Shown here: positions 23,819-39,508 of the stretch, one piece after another
Layout of the letters: each line of letters starts with the position of its first letter
Numbering within the stretch: the first letter of the stretch is position 1
Assembly (NCBI GenBank): GCA_951406725.2
Contig: OX597814.1
Coordinates: forward strand, 109,058,001 to 109,122,000
Source: Octopus vulgaris
Lineage: Eukaryota
Length of the DNA stretch: 64,000 nt
Reading direction: 5' to 3'
Program-made: the position numbers and the translations under genes
Notes under the pieces: generated by a model
Database searches by the model: none
What the model saw: the letters and a program-made list of their open reading frames with translations, nothing else
Told to the model about the DNA's origin: nothing

Positions 23819-24574
23819 GTGGTGAATATGTAATAAGGTAGGGGGTACACTCAAGTCAGAGGAAGGTGTATACAAATGAAGTGGGACCAGGGATTGGATG
23901 GGTGAGTGGATGGGTAAGCAGGGACGGGGGACTGTAGTGAGTGGACACAGGTAGAGAGAGTGGGAGGGTTAGGAGTATGAGAGGAAGAGATTTAATAAGG
24001 ACAAATTGTGTGCAGGTAGGTTTGGGCCATCAGTTTTTATGAGAGTGAGTTTGTTGATACCACTGACCCCCCAGTATTTAACAGGTACTTTATTTCATCA
24101 ACTCCAGAAGAATGAAACACAATGGTGACCTTGGTGGATTTTGAGCTGCTGCTGCTCTCTCTTTTACTTGCTTGTTTCTTGTTTCAGTCATTTGACTACG
24201 GCCATGCTGGAGTACTGCCCTTAGTCAAACAAATCGACCCCAGGACTTATTCTTTGTAAGCTTAGTACTTATTCTATCAGACTCTTTTGCTGAACCGCTA
24301 AGTTATGGGGACATAAACACACCAGCATCGGTTGTCAAGCAATGTTGTGGGGGACAAACATATACACACACACATACATATATATATATATTTATATATA
24401 CATATATATGACGAGCTTCTTTCAGTTTCCTTCTACCAAATCCACTCACAAGGCTTTGGTCGGCCTGAGGCTATAGAAGACACTTGCCTAAGGTGCCACA
24501 CAGTGAGACTGAACCCGGAACTATGTGGTTCATAAGCAAGCTACTTACCATACAGCCACTCCTGCACCTACAGC

Positions 24575-24605
<31 letters not shown>

Positions 24606-25784
24606 CCTTTCTACTATAGGCACAAGGCCTGAAATTTGGGGGAGAGGGATAGTTGATGACATCGACCCCCCAGTACTCAAATGGTACTTAATTTATCTAC
24701 CCTGAAAGGATGAAAGGCAAAGTGGACATCAGAATTTCAATTCAAAATGTGAGGACAGACGAAATGTCACTAAGCATTTTGCTTAGACTGCTAATGATTC
24801 TGCCAGCTCACCACCTTAACAATAATAACAACAAGTATATATACCATACAGAAAATAACACTACTAGACACCACACACATCCTAAGTAAAACACTTTCAA
24901 TACAGTAAAAATAAGAGCATCACAACAAACCACAGCACATACCCAAGGCACACAGAGCTGTGCTCAGTAGTGCAGTGAAAGCAAGTGACAAAAATAAGAC
25001 TACTAAATAATAATAATAATAATAATAATATTAATAATAATAATGATAAAAATGTTATCATGTACATTGTTTTGTCTTGGTATAAAAGATGGCCTACAGC
25101 AAACATTCTGCTCAATACCACAGATTTGCTTGTCAGTTGTTTGACCATAACCAGTTGAACATGTCCTTTAGTGGCTGACGATATGTGCATCTCTGATCAT
25201 GGGCAGAAGTAGTGGGGGAGCATCATAGCCATGTGTTGAGAGGGATTCTTGGCAGTTTGGATAATTCACCTCTGGAAACATGGATGTTTCGTTCAACATC
25301 CTTAAACAACCCTTATTCAGGGACCTTTTGAGCGGGATGGGTTACTCGACCAGAAGAAAATTCTAACTGGGCCCCACCTGCAAGGTCATGTGTTGTTTAT
25401 TTTGATATGAGATCACCATGTTGCACACACATGGTTGTGATGCACGTGCCTGGTGTACCCTTATCAGATGGGTAGTCATGTTGGGTATACTGGGCTTCAT
25501 ATATGTTACCCCAGTGTCACTTTGATGGCATGTACTGCTTTCTCACTCAATAATAATAACAATGATGATGATGATAATAATAATAATGATAATAATAATA
25601 ATCTTTTCTACTATAGGCACAAGGCCATAAATTTGGGCACTAGTCGTTTACATTGACCCCAGTGTTTCACTGGTACTTAATTTTTTTAAAACTCAGAACA
25701 TAAGGATGAGCAAAATACTGCTAAGCATTTTGCCTGACGTGCTAATGATTCTGCCAGCTTACTGCCTTAATAATGATGATAAAA

Positions 25785-26206
25785 CTGCTGACAAATGGTA
25801 CAAGCATAACCCTTAGGCTGTAACTGAGGGAGAAAATGTAACTACTCTTTGGGACTTCCCAGTATGTACAGATAGGACCACCAAAGCAAACAAACCAGAT
25901 ATTGTTGTGAAAGACCAAAGCAATAAAGTCTGTTTATTGATTGACGTGAGCAAACCCTGTAACCTTAATATGTTGGCAAAAGAATTTGATAAGCTCAGAA
26001 GATATAAAGATCTGCTAATCAAAATTGAAAGGATGTGGCATCTCAAGACAGTTACAATACCAGTAATTGTAGGAGTACTTGGAATGATCAAAAACGGAAT
26101 TGAAAATTATTTAAGAATGATCCCTGGCTTACCATCCATACATGAAGTGCAAAAGATTGTCTTAAGTGGTACGTCACACGTATTGAAAAGAGCATTGTCG
26201 CTGTGA
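25785..26206 (+). mobile_element. R4/Dong-like 3' fragment (restriction-like endonuclease)
   Basis: LWDFPVCTDRTTKANKPDIVVKD...CLLIDVSKP...KLRRYKDL...TIPVIVGVLG; homologous to 11975-12398. Confidence 0.8.
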
Positions 26207-28402
26207 ATTTTCTTTCTTTTTTCCACCTTTATTTTATTTGTTTACTTTTCTATTTTTCATTTTTTCCCTTTTTCTTTCTATCACATGACTGTAAATGAAC
26301 AATCTAGTGTGCTTGTTTTAATGGCCTACCAATGTATACAGTACATTTCTCTACCTTACGCATCAGGAAGACAGGCGGCAAGAAATGGAAACAGAATTTG
26401 AAGAAGAAGAAGAAGAAGAAGAGCAGCAGCACCACCAACAACAAGTGGGATAATAATAATAATAACAACAAAAGTGGAAGAGAAGGAGGGCTGGTGATCC
26501 ATGTTGTTAAGTGGATGTGCTAAGTTGGCCAAGTGAGGGTGCAAAAGATGACTGGATAATGTTGCCAGATCAATCCACTGGATGATCTCAGGGAAATGTG
26601 GAATTGTCAGAGCTAAATGACAGGAGCAGAAGTCAGGAGTGTTAGAGAATGACAAATTAAAGCTTTTGTGAGACTTCACCATTCAATGTGGTACAGAATG
26701 ATTGAGGCAAGAAGGCCAGACATTGTAGTCACCAACAAGAAAGAAAAAAAGGGGCCCACATATCTCTATCCCAGAGGATGGTAGGGTGCAAGATAAAGAG
26801 CATGAAACGATGGAGAAGTATGAGCCACTGAAGAAGGAGGCTGGAAAGTTGTGAAAGATGAAAATGAGTTTAATGATTCCAATGGTGATCAGAGCATAAC
26901 AGACAGATCCAAGAACTGTGTGAATAAATTTGAATTGATGCAAGGCTACAGGTCATGCAGAAGGATTTTTGAGAAAAGTCCCATCTATGTAAGGTAGAGG
27001 AGAGGAAGCAGTAAGGGATCTTTGTTGACTTGTTGACTGCTCCTGACAGAAATATCAAGAATGTTTATCATATGAAAAAGAAAAGTGAAGTTCCTTCCCG
27101 AGTCATGTAGACTCATAGGGATGGTTTCCATGTTTCCATGGCATACATTTGCTCCAGCTGGACAGGACACAGGTCCATTGCAGGATAACTCAGCTGAGTG
27201 GATTGGAGCAACATGAAATGAAGTGTTTTGCTCAAGAACACAACACACAGCCTGGTCCAGGAATTGAAACTACAATCTTATGATAACGAGTCCAACACCC
27301 TAACCACTAAGCTATGCACTTCCACTGTTTATCATATAAGTTTCTTAGACTTAGAAATACTGAAACAATAATAACAACAATAATCATAATCATCATCGTC
27401 ATCATTTAACGTCCGCTTTTCATGTTGGCATGAGTTGGACAGTTTGACTAAGGACTGGTGAGCCAGATGCGTGCACCAGGCTCCAATCTGATCTGGCAGA
27501 GTTTCTACAGCTGGATGCCCTTCCTAACGCCAATCATTCTGATTGTGTAGTTTGTGCTTTTTACATGCCACCAGCACAAGAGCCAGTCAGGTGGTTCTGG
27601 CAATGACCACATTCAAAGAAGTTTTTACGTGCTACCTGCACAGGAGCCAGTCCAGCAGCACTGGCAACGACCACGCTCAAATGTTGTTTTACATGTGTCA
27701 CCAGCACATGTGCTGGTAAGGCAACGCTGGTAATGATCACGCTCGAATGGTGCTTTTCACATGTCACTGGCATGGGAGCCAGTCCATGGCCCTGGCAATG
27801 ATCACACTTGGATGTGCTTTTAATGTTCCACTGGCACGTGTGCCAATCAGGCGGTTAATAATAATTCTTTCTAATTATGGTACAATGCCAACAATTTTGA
27901 GGGGAGGGGCAAGTTGATGACAAAAGGTAGGTAACAGTAATTTACAGTTAATGAATCCAAATTACAAACTTTGATAATTACAAAAACGCCAGATCAGATT
28001 GAGCTTGGTGCAGCCTTCCGGCTCACCAGTCCTCAGTCAAACTGTCCAACCCATGCCAGCATGGAAAGCAGACGTTAAACTATGATGATGATTGTTGAAG
28101 TAACCATGGCAATGGCTGAAACAGATTGCAGTTCCTGTTTCCATTTGATAGATGTAAGTCTGTATAGGGAACCTGTTTCTTCCTAAGTTATGTTCACAAC
28201 TACACCTAAAATTAATCTAACCCTTTTGATACCAACTAACCAACCAACATACCCATTCGACTAAGGCCTCCCTGGATCTACAATACAAACTTCCAGTTTT
28301 AATCTCATCTAAATTAGAATTTTCCTTCAAAATTCCATACTAATTGATGTTCCAAACTCCACAAAAACTGTTTAAGAATGACAAAATTATTTCAATAAGT
28401 TT

Positions 28403-28768
28403 TGTGGTTGTGTGGTAAGAAGTTTGCTTTCCAATCACATGTTTCTAGGTTCAGTCCCACTGCACGGTACCATGGACAGGTGTCTTCTACTATAGCCTTG
28501 GGCCAACCAAAGCCTTGTGAGTGGATTTGGTAGATGGAAACTGAAAGAAGCCGTCATGTGTGTGTTTGTGCTTGCATCCAACCACTGCTTGTTGATGTAT
28601 TTATATCCCTGTAACTTAGCAGTTCAGCAAAAGAGACCAATAGACTAAGTCCCAAGATTAAAAAGAAGATAAGTACTGGGGCTGATTCATTTAAGTGAAA
28701 TACTCCAAGGTGGTGCCCCAGCATGGCCACAGTTTAATGACTCAAAACAAATAAAAGATGAAAGATTA
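28403..28768 (+). mobile_element. tRNA-derived SINE family A with LINE-related 3' tail
   Basis: Head gtggtaagaagtttgc...ggttcagtcccactgc and tail ggtggtgccccagcatggccacag...aataaaaga. Other copies at about 16090-16290, 21310-21790, 24160-24570, 52500-52850 and 58530-58905. Confidence 0.75.
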
Positions 28769-28964
28769 TTTTTTAAATTAACCGAAACAAACAAAATGGA
28801 TTCCAACAGAAATATGGCAACAAAAGGGTAAAAACAAGACTGCATGAACAATAAGATTTAAATTTATAGATTTTTGTTGTTGTTGTTGTTGTAATTTAAA
28901 AACAGGGAGAAGAGAAAAATCATAAGAATTACACAATCTTAATATTTCAAACAAAGGAACTTAC

Positions 28965-29098
28965 TTCAGTAACAACTGGAAGTTTGCTGCTATTCAAGAT
29001 TTGATTGAGATAGGATGCGTCAGTTTCGGAACAGTCAACGAGGATGTGAGGAACTCCAAGAGAAGGATCGATCTTTTCTTTATTGACTTCAGGTTCAT
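28965..29098 (-). CDS. HYDIN: HYDIN coding exon (134 nt, phase 1-0; DEPEVNKEKIDPSLGVPHILVDC...SSKLPVVTE)
   Basis: Acceptor tttctgcag and donor gtaagt. The LGVP and S.KLP motifs align to HYDIN just before the LGLG..GPPIPPP block. Confidence 0.87.
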
Positions 29099-30484
29099 CT
29101 GCAGAAATGTAAATCCCAGAACATTTCTTTTCCAAGTGTATGGCCGATGGCTGGAAATTGAAATAAGATATGTGTCAGAGAATGGAATATTCCAAGGCCA
29201 GAAAATGAGTTTTCTTCAAGAAAAATAGAAGGGTGAGATTGTGGTGGCAGCACTGGTGGTGATAATAAAAAAAATGGCACTCTTGTCAGTTATGACAATG
29301 AATGTTCCAGTTCATCCAATTGATGGAACAGCCTGCTTGTGAGATTAACATGAAAGTGGTCGAGCACTCCACAGACACATATACCTATTTCTTTACTACC
29401 CACAAGGGGCTAAACACAGAGAGGACAAACAAGGACAGACAAACGGATTAAGTCGATTATATCAACCCCAGTGCATAACTAGTACTAAATTTATCGACCC
29501 CGAAAGTCGACCTCAGCAGAATCTGAACTCAGAACGTAACGGCGGACGAAATACTGCAAAGCATTTTGCCCAGCGTGCTAACGTTTCTGCCAGCTCGCCG
29601 CCTCATACACATATACCCTTAACGTGGTTGAGAGTGTCAACATGGCCCTTTGAATTATGGGTACAATTCATTCTTGCCAGCTGAGTGGACTGGAGCAATA
29701 AGTGATAAAGTGTCATGCTCAAGGACGCAATGCACGGCCGGGAATCGAACTCACAATTTCACGACCATGAGCCCAATACCCTAACCACTAAGCCACAAGC
29801 CTTCATAGAGGTGGTAATGATGGTGATGATAATAGAGGAATCTGTCATAGTAGGGCTGAGAGTGAGGAAGAGGATAAAAATTGGTGGAGGGTTGGGGGTG
29901 GTAAGAGTAGAATCTCTAACAGAAGTGCTAATAATGATGATAGTGGAATCGAGTGGTTAGATTTTCCAGATTTGCTTTAATTTGTTAATTTTCTCTCTCT
30001 CTCTCTCTCTCTCTCTCTACTGCTCTTCTTCATTAACCTTCCATCTACCACTCACCTTCTCTCCGATGCACTCTACTACACAATCATCAGATCAGTCCCT
30101 GTTTAATTCCCCCCCTTTCATCACTCCTCTACCTCCCTACCATCATGATGCTTGTATAATGAGAAACAGCATCACCCTTCCTTATGGCTGGCCCTTACTT
30201 TGTTCCTACTGACACTAAAAGAAGACAAGGTAAAATCACGAGAGAGCCTCTACATGGTAATACCAGCATGCTTGATGTAGCAGACAATCTCCCTCATCTC
30301 ATCAGCAGCAACAGCATGCTGGCATGATTTGGATGGTTTGATGGGCTGCACTGAGTTCCTGCATCAACTTTGACAGGGGTTCCATGGTTGGATGCCCTTC
30401 CTGTCACCAACCAGTTTATATTTTCCATGGCACCTGCATTTGAGAGGCAACCTCACTTACCCTTCCTGTTGCACTCCTATTCCT

Positions 30485-31505
30485 GTGAAACATGAAAACA
30501 AGAGAATCAGGAAAAGGAGAGCAACAGGAAAAGAGAAACCGGAAAAGGAGAGCAACAGAAAAAGGAGAGCAACAGGAAATGAACAAAAACAGGAAAACCA
30601 GAGTATCAGGAACACGAGTGGAATGGGAAAAGGAGAGGAACACGAAAAGGAGAGCAATAGGAAAAGAAGAGAAATAGGAAAAGGAGAGCAACAGGAAACG
30701 TAGAGCAACAGGAAAAGGAGTGAAAGAGAAAACTAGAGAATCAGGAAAACGAGAGCAAAGGGAAAAGAAGAGAAACAGTAGAGCAACAGGAAAAGGAGAG
30801 CAACAGAAAAAGGAGAGAAACAAGAAATGGAGAGAAAGAGGAAAAGGAGAGAAACAGGAAATGTAAAGAAAGAGGAAAAGGAGAGCAACAGGAAATGGAG
30901 GGGAAACGGAGAGCAACAGGTAAAGGAAAGAAACTGGAAAAAGGAGAGAATCAGGAAACGAGAGCAAAATGAATGGGAGTGAAACATGAAAACAAGAGAA
31001 TTAGGAAAAGGAGAGCAACAGGAAAGGAGAGCAACAGGAAACGGAGAGAAACAAGAAATGAAGGGAAACAGAAAACAGAGAAAAACAGGAAAAGGAGAGC
31101 AATAGGAAAAGGAGAGAAACAAGAAAAGGAGAAAAGCAGGAAACGAGAGCAGCAGTAAATGGAGAGGAAACAGAGAGCAAATGGAAAACGAGTGAAACGG
31201 GAAAATGAGAGTCAGAGAGTCAGGAAAAGGAGAGCAACAGGAAAAGGGGAGCAACAGGAAAAGGAGAGCAACAGGAAAAGGAGTGAAACAGGAAAACAAG
31301 AGAATCAGGAAAACGAGAGCAACAAGAAAAGGAGAACAGGAAATGGAGAGAAACAGGGAAGGGAGAGCAACAGGAAAAGGAGAGAGACATGAAATGGAGA
31401 GGAACAGGAAAAGTAGAGAAACAGGAAAAGGAGAGCAACAGGAAAAGGAGAACAATAGGAGACGGTGAGCAACAGGAAACAGATAGGAAACAAAGAGCAA
31501 CAAAG
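30485..31505. repeat. Purine-rich minisatellite, ~17-bp unit GGAAAAGGAGAGCAACA
   Basis: Dozens of degenerate tandem units over about 1 kb. Confidence 0.9.
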
Positions 31506-31558
31506 ATAGGGGACAAATGTGTAAATAATGCAACTACTCCAATGGGTTTCTGGATTAC

Positions 31559-31603
31559 CAAAATCAGAGTCTGTGGACCTTATATCGACAAGTTCAGCTG
31601 TCG
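31559..31603 (-). CDS. HYDIN: Candidate HYDIN 45-nt exon (phase 1-1; ATAELVDIRSTDSDF)
   Basis: Acceptor ttttaattcccag and donor gtaatc. Open and symmetric in the required phase, but no recognisable homology. Confidence 0.4.
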
Positions 31604-31972
31604 CTGGGAATTAAAACCATTTCCTTCTCTAACATCGTTTAGAGTCTAAGTTTAGCAGACATTCCTAGGACTAAGTAATAAGAGCATTTAATGTCATTTT
31701 TCAGATAAAAAAAAGATTAACCCTTTAGCTACCAGTCCAGCTATGACCATCCCTGCTTTCATGATATCAAATCTCTGTTTTAATGTAATCTAAATTAAAA
31801 CCTTCAATCAAAATTTTACCTTAATTACATTTCAAAAATCTGCTTAGTCATGACAAACGTAATTGAAACAAAGGATTTCAAAAGAAAAATGGCAACAAAA
31901 CGGTTAAAGGAAGATTTTTTTGAGTGAAGAATGTTTTTTCTTCCATTACAAAGCAAAACAAAGTTTAGTATT

Positions 31973-32138
31973 TCATCATCATAAGCATCATCAGCAGCAG
32001 CATCCTCATCATCCTCACCAGCATCACCATCCTCATCATCATCATCCTCATTAGCATCAGCATCCTCATCATCATCAGCATCACCATCCTCATCATCATC
32101 TGCAGCAGCAGCATCACCATCCTCATCATCATCAGCAT
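31973..32138. repeat. (CAT/CAG/CCT)n trinucleotide tract
   Basis: Read directly from the sequence. Confidence 0.9.
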
Positions 32139-32601
32139 GAACTGGTCAACAACCTTCATGATTTCCCTGGTTCCACATGTGGTTTCCGCCGGTCAGTGTT
32201 GTGCATGACCTCTGAGTACTGATTGTGAGGTCAAGTGAGATTACACCATACACTCTGGCATCTAGTGCTTTCTGGGAAGTGACCTAATAGGCCAAGCATG
32301 TTGAAGTTTTGCCCCCTGTTTAGTCTGTCTTTTTCCCCCCTCATTGTCCAGTCACATCATGTGAAAAGCGCCTGCACTGATGCCACATAAAAAGTTTCCA
32401 TTCTGGTTCCATGTAAAAATCACACCTGTGTTCGTGCCCCCAGCACCCAGAGTACACACCTGTAAAGTGGTTGGTGTTAGTAAGGACATCCAGCTGTAGA
32501 GACCATACCACAACAGACAACTGGATCCTGGGGCAGATCTCCGGCTTGCTGGATCCTCTCACACCATCTAACCCATTCCAGCATGGAAAACAGACATTGA
32601 A

Positions 32602-32958
32602 ATGATGATGATGATGATGATGATGATAATGATGGTGACGATGACAATGATAATGGTGGTGGTGATGATGATGATGATGATGATGGTGACGATGATGGTG
32701 GTGATGATGATGATAATGGTGGTGGTGGTGATGACTGATGATGGTGATGATGATGATGGTAGTGATGATGATGGTGGTGATGATGATAATGGTGGTGATG
32801 ATGGTGGTGGTGATGGTGATGATGGTAGTGATGATGGTGGTGGTGGTGGTGATGATGATGGTGGTGATGATGGTGGTGGTGGTGGTGATGATGGTGGTGG
32901 TGGTGGTGGTGGTGATGGTGATGATGGTGGTGGTGATGATGGTGGTGGTGGTGATGAT
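32602..32958. repeat. (GAT/GGT)n trinucleotide tract, an expanded SINE-C tail
   Basis: Follows ...cagcatggaaaacagacattgaaat, the SINE-C 3' end. Confidence 0.9.
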
Positions 32959-33284
32959 TCATTTACTTCTCTTGCACTCCCAAGTCTGTTTTCTCCGCAC
33001 AGACTAAACACTTTATTTAGTTCTTCTTTCTCAGACCTCTGCTCTCTCTCAAAACACTCCTCACCATTATGTCTTTCTCCAAACACCAATCTGCAGAAAA
33101 TAAGACCAAACACAGAAGATGAATCACATCAATTTCACTAAGCTATTCCTGTCCCCAGTTTAGAAGGGCCCAAAACGGCACATCCCCTCCTCCATGTGCA
33201 AATCTAAAGTAAAAATAAACACACACACACACCTATGAATACAACGGGACATCCTCTTTAAATCTGAAACCTAATTGCCCTTAC

Positions 33285-33442
33285 CTTTCACTCGGACATT
33301 CTTTTTCGCTGAATGGCCACCAATGTCTTCCACTTCAGATTTCTCTGACGGACTCAGTGGGTATTTGGCTTGCAATGAGACGCGGTCCCAAAATTCCAGG
33401 ATCTCTACTATGTCTTTATAAGTATTGTCATAAAGATGGAAC
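33285..33442 (-). CDS. HYDIN: HYDIN coding exon (158 nt, phase 2-1; FHLYDNTYKDIVEILEFWDRVSLQ...NVRVK)
   Basis: Acceptor ttttttag and donor gtaagg. Matches recalled HYDIN FKTYELTLKDVQNILMYWDR. Confidence 0.9.
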
Positions 33443-33710
33443 CTAAAAAAGATATTCAAAAGGATCTCATAGTATCAACCTGAAGCAATCATCATCATCA
33501 TATTTTAACACCTACTTTTTCATTCTTGCATTAGTCAGACAGAATTCAATGAGGCAGGCTGTCTATGGTTGGAGGCTCTTGCTGTCACCAACCTTCACCT
33601 GTTTCCAAGCAATATAATACTTCTCTTCTTGGCCAGACATTTTCCATGAATGGCTGATCTGAACAGCATCACTTGCTAAACAGCATCACATTGAATCAAA
33701 GCAAGGATAC

Positions 33711-33745
<35 letters not shown>

Positions 33746-33930
33746 CAAACACACACACAAACAGGCACAAGCATAGGTGTGTGGCAAGATGTTTGCTACC
33801 AATCACATAGTTCTGGGTTCAATCCCTATGTGTGGCACCTTGGTCAAATGTCTTCTACTATAGCCCCAGACCAACCAAAGCCTTATGAGGTATATGTATG
33901 TATGCATGTGTGTGTGTGTGTGTGTGTGTG

Positions 33931-34404
<474 letters not shown>

Positions 34405-34407
<3 letters not shown>

Positions 34408-37310
34408 GGTGATGCAGAAATACACATGCCGCAATATGCAGTCATACGCACAGATAGAAAAGGGAGGAGCCATGGTGGAGTTGCAATGTACATCCGAGAT
34501 GACCTCACGCCCCAGGTCCTGCTGTCGTATTCAAACTCAGTGTGTGAAACTCAAATTGTACACATAAGACAACTGAATATCGTCATATGCACTACATATC
34601 GCCCACCAGACGCCCCAAAACACTCAGGCATGTTTGAAGACTGCCTAACAAAAATAGGAGAAGTCCTCACCAACCTTGAACAGCACAACAGTGTATTCTT
34701 CATGGGTGACTTTAACCTCCCCAATGTGGAATGGCCTGAGGGGCAGATGCTCCCAGGGATGACACACCATCAGCAGGCACAGGTGGAGTCCCTGCTCCAT
34801 CTCACAAATACCTCTTTCATGGAGCAAATAGTTCTGCAACCAACAAGGGCAGATAATATACTGGATCTCTGCTTTACAAACAATATGGATATTATCCATA
34901 ATGTTAATGTGATGCCGACAATGATCTCGGATCACAACATAATAGAGCTGTCTATGTATGGAACAAAAGCCCCCGCAGACACACAGCCTATACGAAGCAC
35001 CCACCATCTCTCCAACTTAAACTTTCATAAAGCCAACTGGAAGTCGATTGAGAAAGAGATCCTCAAACAGGATTGGCCTGAATGTCTCTCCACACCGGAC
35101 ATAAACATGAAACACAAACACTTCATGTCCATAATACAAGCCATATGTGACAAATATGTCCCAATGTGCAGGGCCAGCACACACAAGAATAAAAACAGGA
35201 TCCCTAGAGAAAGGAGGATTCTTATGAGACGACGGACAAGGATTGCAAACCGCCTGAGCAAGCACACCAAAAGTGGTGAGAAGTCTCGGCTCGAAAGAAT
35301 GCTAATGGAAACTGAGAAAAGTCTACATCAGTCCCATGAAAAGGAGAGAGCAGATAAAGAAGCTTGGGTAATAGAAAATATAAAATCAAACCCTAAAGCT
35401 TTCTTTAAGTTTGCCAAAGAGACAGCCACAGTGCACCAGAGAATAGGACCTCTCTTCCAAAAAGATGGCTCTCTCACAGGAAATCCCACGAGGATAAGTG
35501 AAATACTGAACGAACAGTTCCAAAGTGTATTCACTACACCTCTAGGACACAGGCAAGTAAACAACCCAGAAGAATTCTTTGCCACTTTACCAGCGGCCAA
35601 AGAGACAAAAATTGAGTACATCAACATCGAAGAAGATGATATCACACTAGCCATTGATGAGATTGACACAAACTCAGCTGCTGGACCTGATGGATTCCCA
35701 GCGATCCTTCTCAAATCGTGCAAACGAGCCCTTGCAAAACCGCTACAGCTTCTTTTTCAGAGCTTTCTTGCAAGTGGTAAGCTCCCAGTCAAACTGAAAG
35801 AGGGGTAATATGCCCTATCCATAAGGGAGGTAGCAGAGCAGATGCTAAAAATTATAGGCCTATCTCTCTGACCTCACACATCAGCAAAGTCATGGAACGA
35901 ATAGTCCGTAAGAAACTAATCATGTTCCTTGAAGAAAATGACTTACTGTCTGACACCCAGCATGGATTTCGACCAGGTAGAGGCTGCCTAACACAGCTCC
36001 TGCAACACTATGACTGGGTGTTGAAACAGCTACTAAATGGCTCAAATGTGGATGTAATATATCTTGACTTTGCAAAAGCCTTTGATAAAGTCGACCATGG
36101 TATGATCTGTCACAAACTGCGTGGTCTCGGCATAGGCGGGAAACTTGGAGAGTGGCTGCACAACTTCCTAAAAGACAGAAAACAGGCAGTTGTGAGCAAT
36201 GGAGCCACCTCCAGGGAAACGCAAATAACAAGCGGTGTCCCACAGGGCACTGTCTTGGGGCCACTGATGTTCATAGTGGCCCTTTCAGACATGCCTTCAG
36301 TTGCTACGATGACCACCCTTGCTAGCTATGCAGATGACACAAAGGTCTCCCACGCAATACAGAACCCTGAAAATATTGCGCATCTGCAACATGAGCTGGA
36401 CACAATATACAGGTGGGCTGAGGACAACAACATGCAGTTTAATGCAGGTAAGTTCCAGGCCCTGCGCTACTGGCACACAAAGGTAAATGACGTGAAGACT
36501 GGATACACTGGCCCAGGAAGAATTGCAATCCCTGAGTCAAAATCAGTGCGTGACCTGGGCATTGACATGAGCAATGATGCATCTTTCCAAATGCATATTG
36601 CTAATCTGGTGATAAAATGCAGACGGCTAGCTGGATGGATTCTCCGAACTTTCAGAACAAGAGAGAAGGAGACACTGATGGTCCTATGGAAAACATTTGT
36701 CCTCAGCCGCTTGGACTACTGCTCCCAACTTTGGTCACCACACAATATAAAACAAACAGCAGAACTCGAAGCAACTCAGAGAAGCTACACAAAGAAAATC
36801 GTCTCAATGCAAAATGTCAGCTACTGGGAAAGACTGAAGGTATTAAACCTCTTCTCCCTGGAGCGGAGGCGGGAGAGATATGCAGTAATATACATCTGGA
36901 AAATCCTGGAGGGTCTTGTCCCAAACTTTGGCATTCAAAGTTACTCCAACCGCAGAACGGGCGCCGCTGCGTGGTGCCAAGGATTCCAACATCACCATCA
37001 AAATACAGGTCCAGATACTGCAACAGCTTGGGTTTCAGAGGACCACAGCTTTTCAACATCCTCCCTAAATGCCTGAGAGACTTACATGGTGTGGATGTGG
37101 GTTTCTTTAAAACTAAACTGGATCTCTTCTTGTTGGGAGTCCCAGATGAACCTACCTCACGACAGGAGACACGGATGCGGGCAGCAGCATCGAACTCCCT
37201 TCTTGATCAAGTGCCACGTATCAGAGGTGGATTCACAAACTAGTGTGGCTCATTCAGCGGTGGTGCCCCAGCATGGCCGCGGCCTTCGGGCTAAAGCATT
37301 TTTAAGGATT
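34405..37310 (+). mobile_element. CR1-group LINE copy 1 (5'-truncated in the endonuclease; ORF2 disrupted near 35805 and 36960)
   Basis: APE motifs GGVAMYI, YRPP, MGDFN and SDHN. RT motifs [26 protein letters not shown] and YADD. C-terminal SLERRRERY. Short 3' UTR. Confidence 0.93.

Positions 37311-39508
<2,198 letters not shown>

Noticed and set aside
30392-31649. Hydrophobic and charged ORFs across the purine minisatellite
   Set aside because: These are low-complexity translations of a 17-bp repeat in all frames.
32967-33090. Possible HYDIN exon (LVFGERHNGEECFEREQRSEKEELNKV...) with a strong acceptor
   Set aside because: It is open only as phase 2-0, but the flanking junctions are phase 1 and that frame hits TAA. 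It cannot be excluded without RNA data.
32477-33141. Poly-His, poly-Met and Gly/Asp ORFs
   Set aside because: They arise from a (GAT/GGT)n SINE tail expansion.
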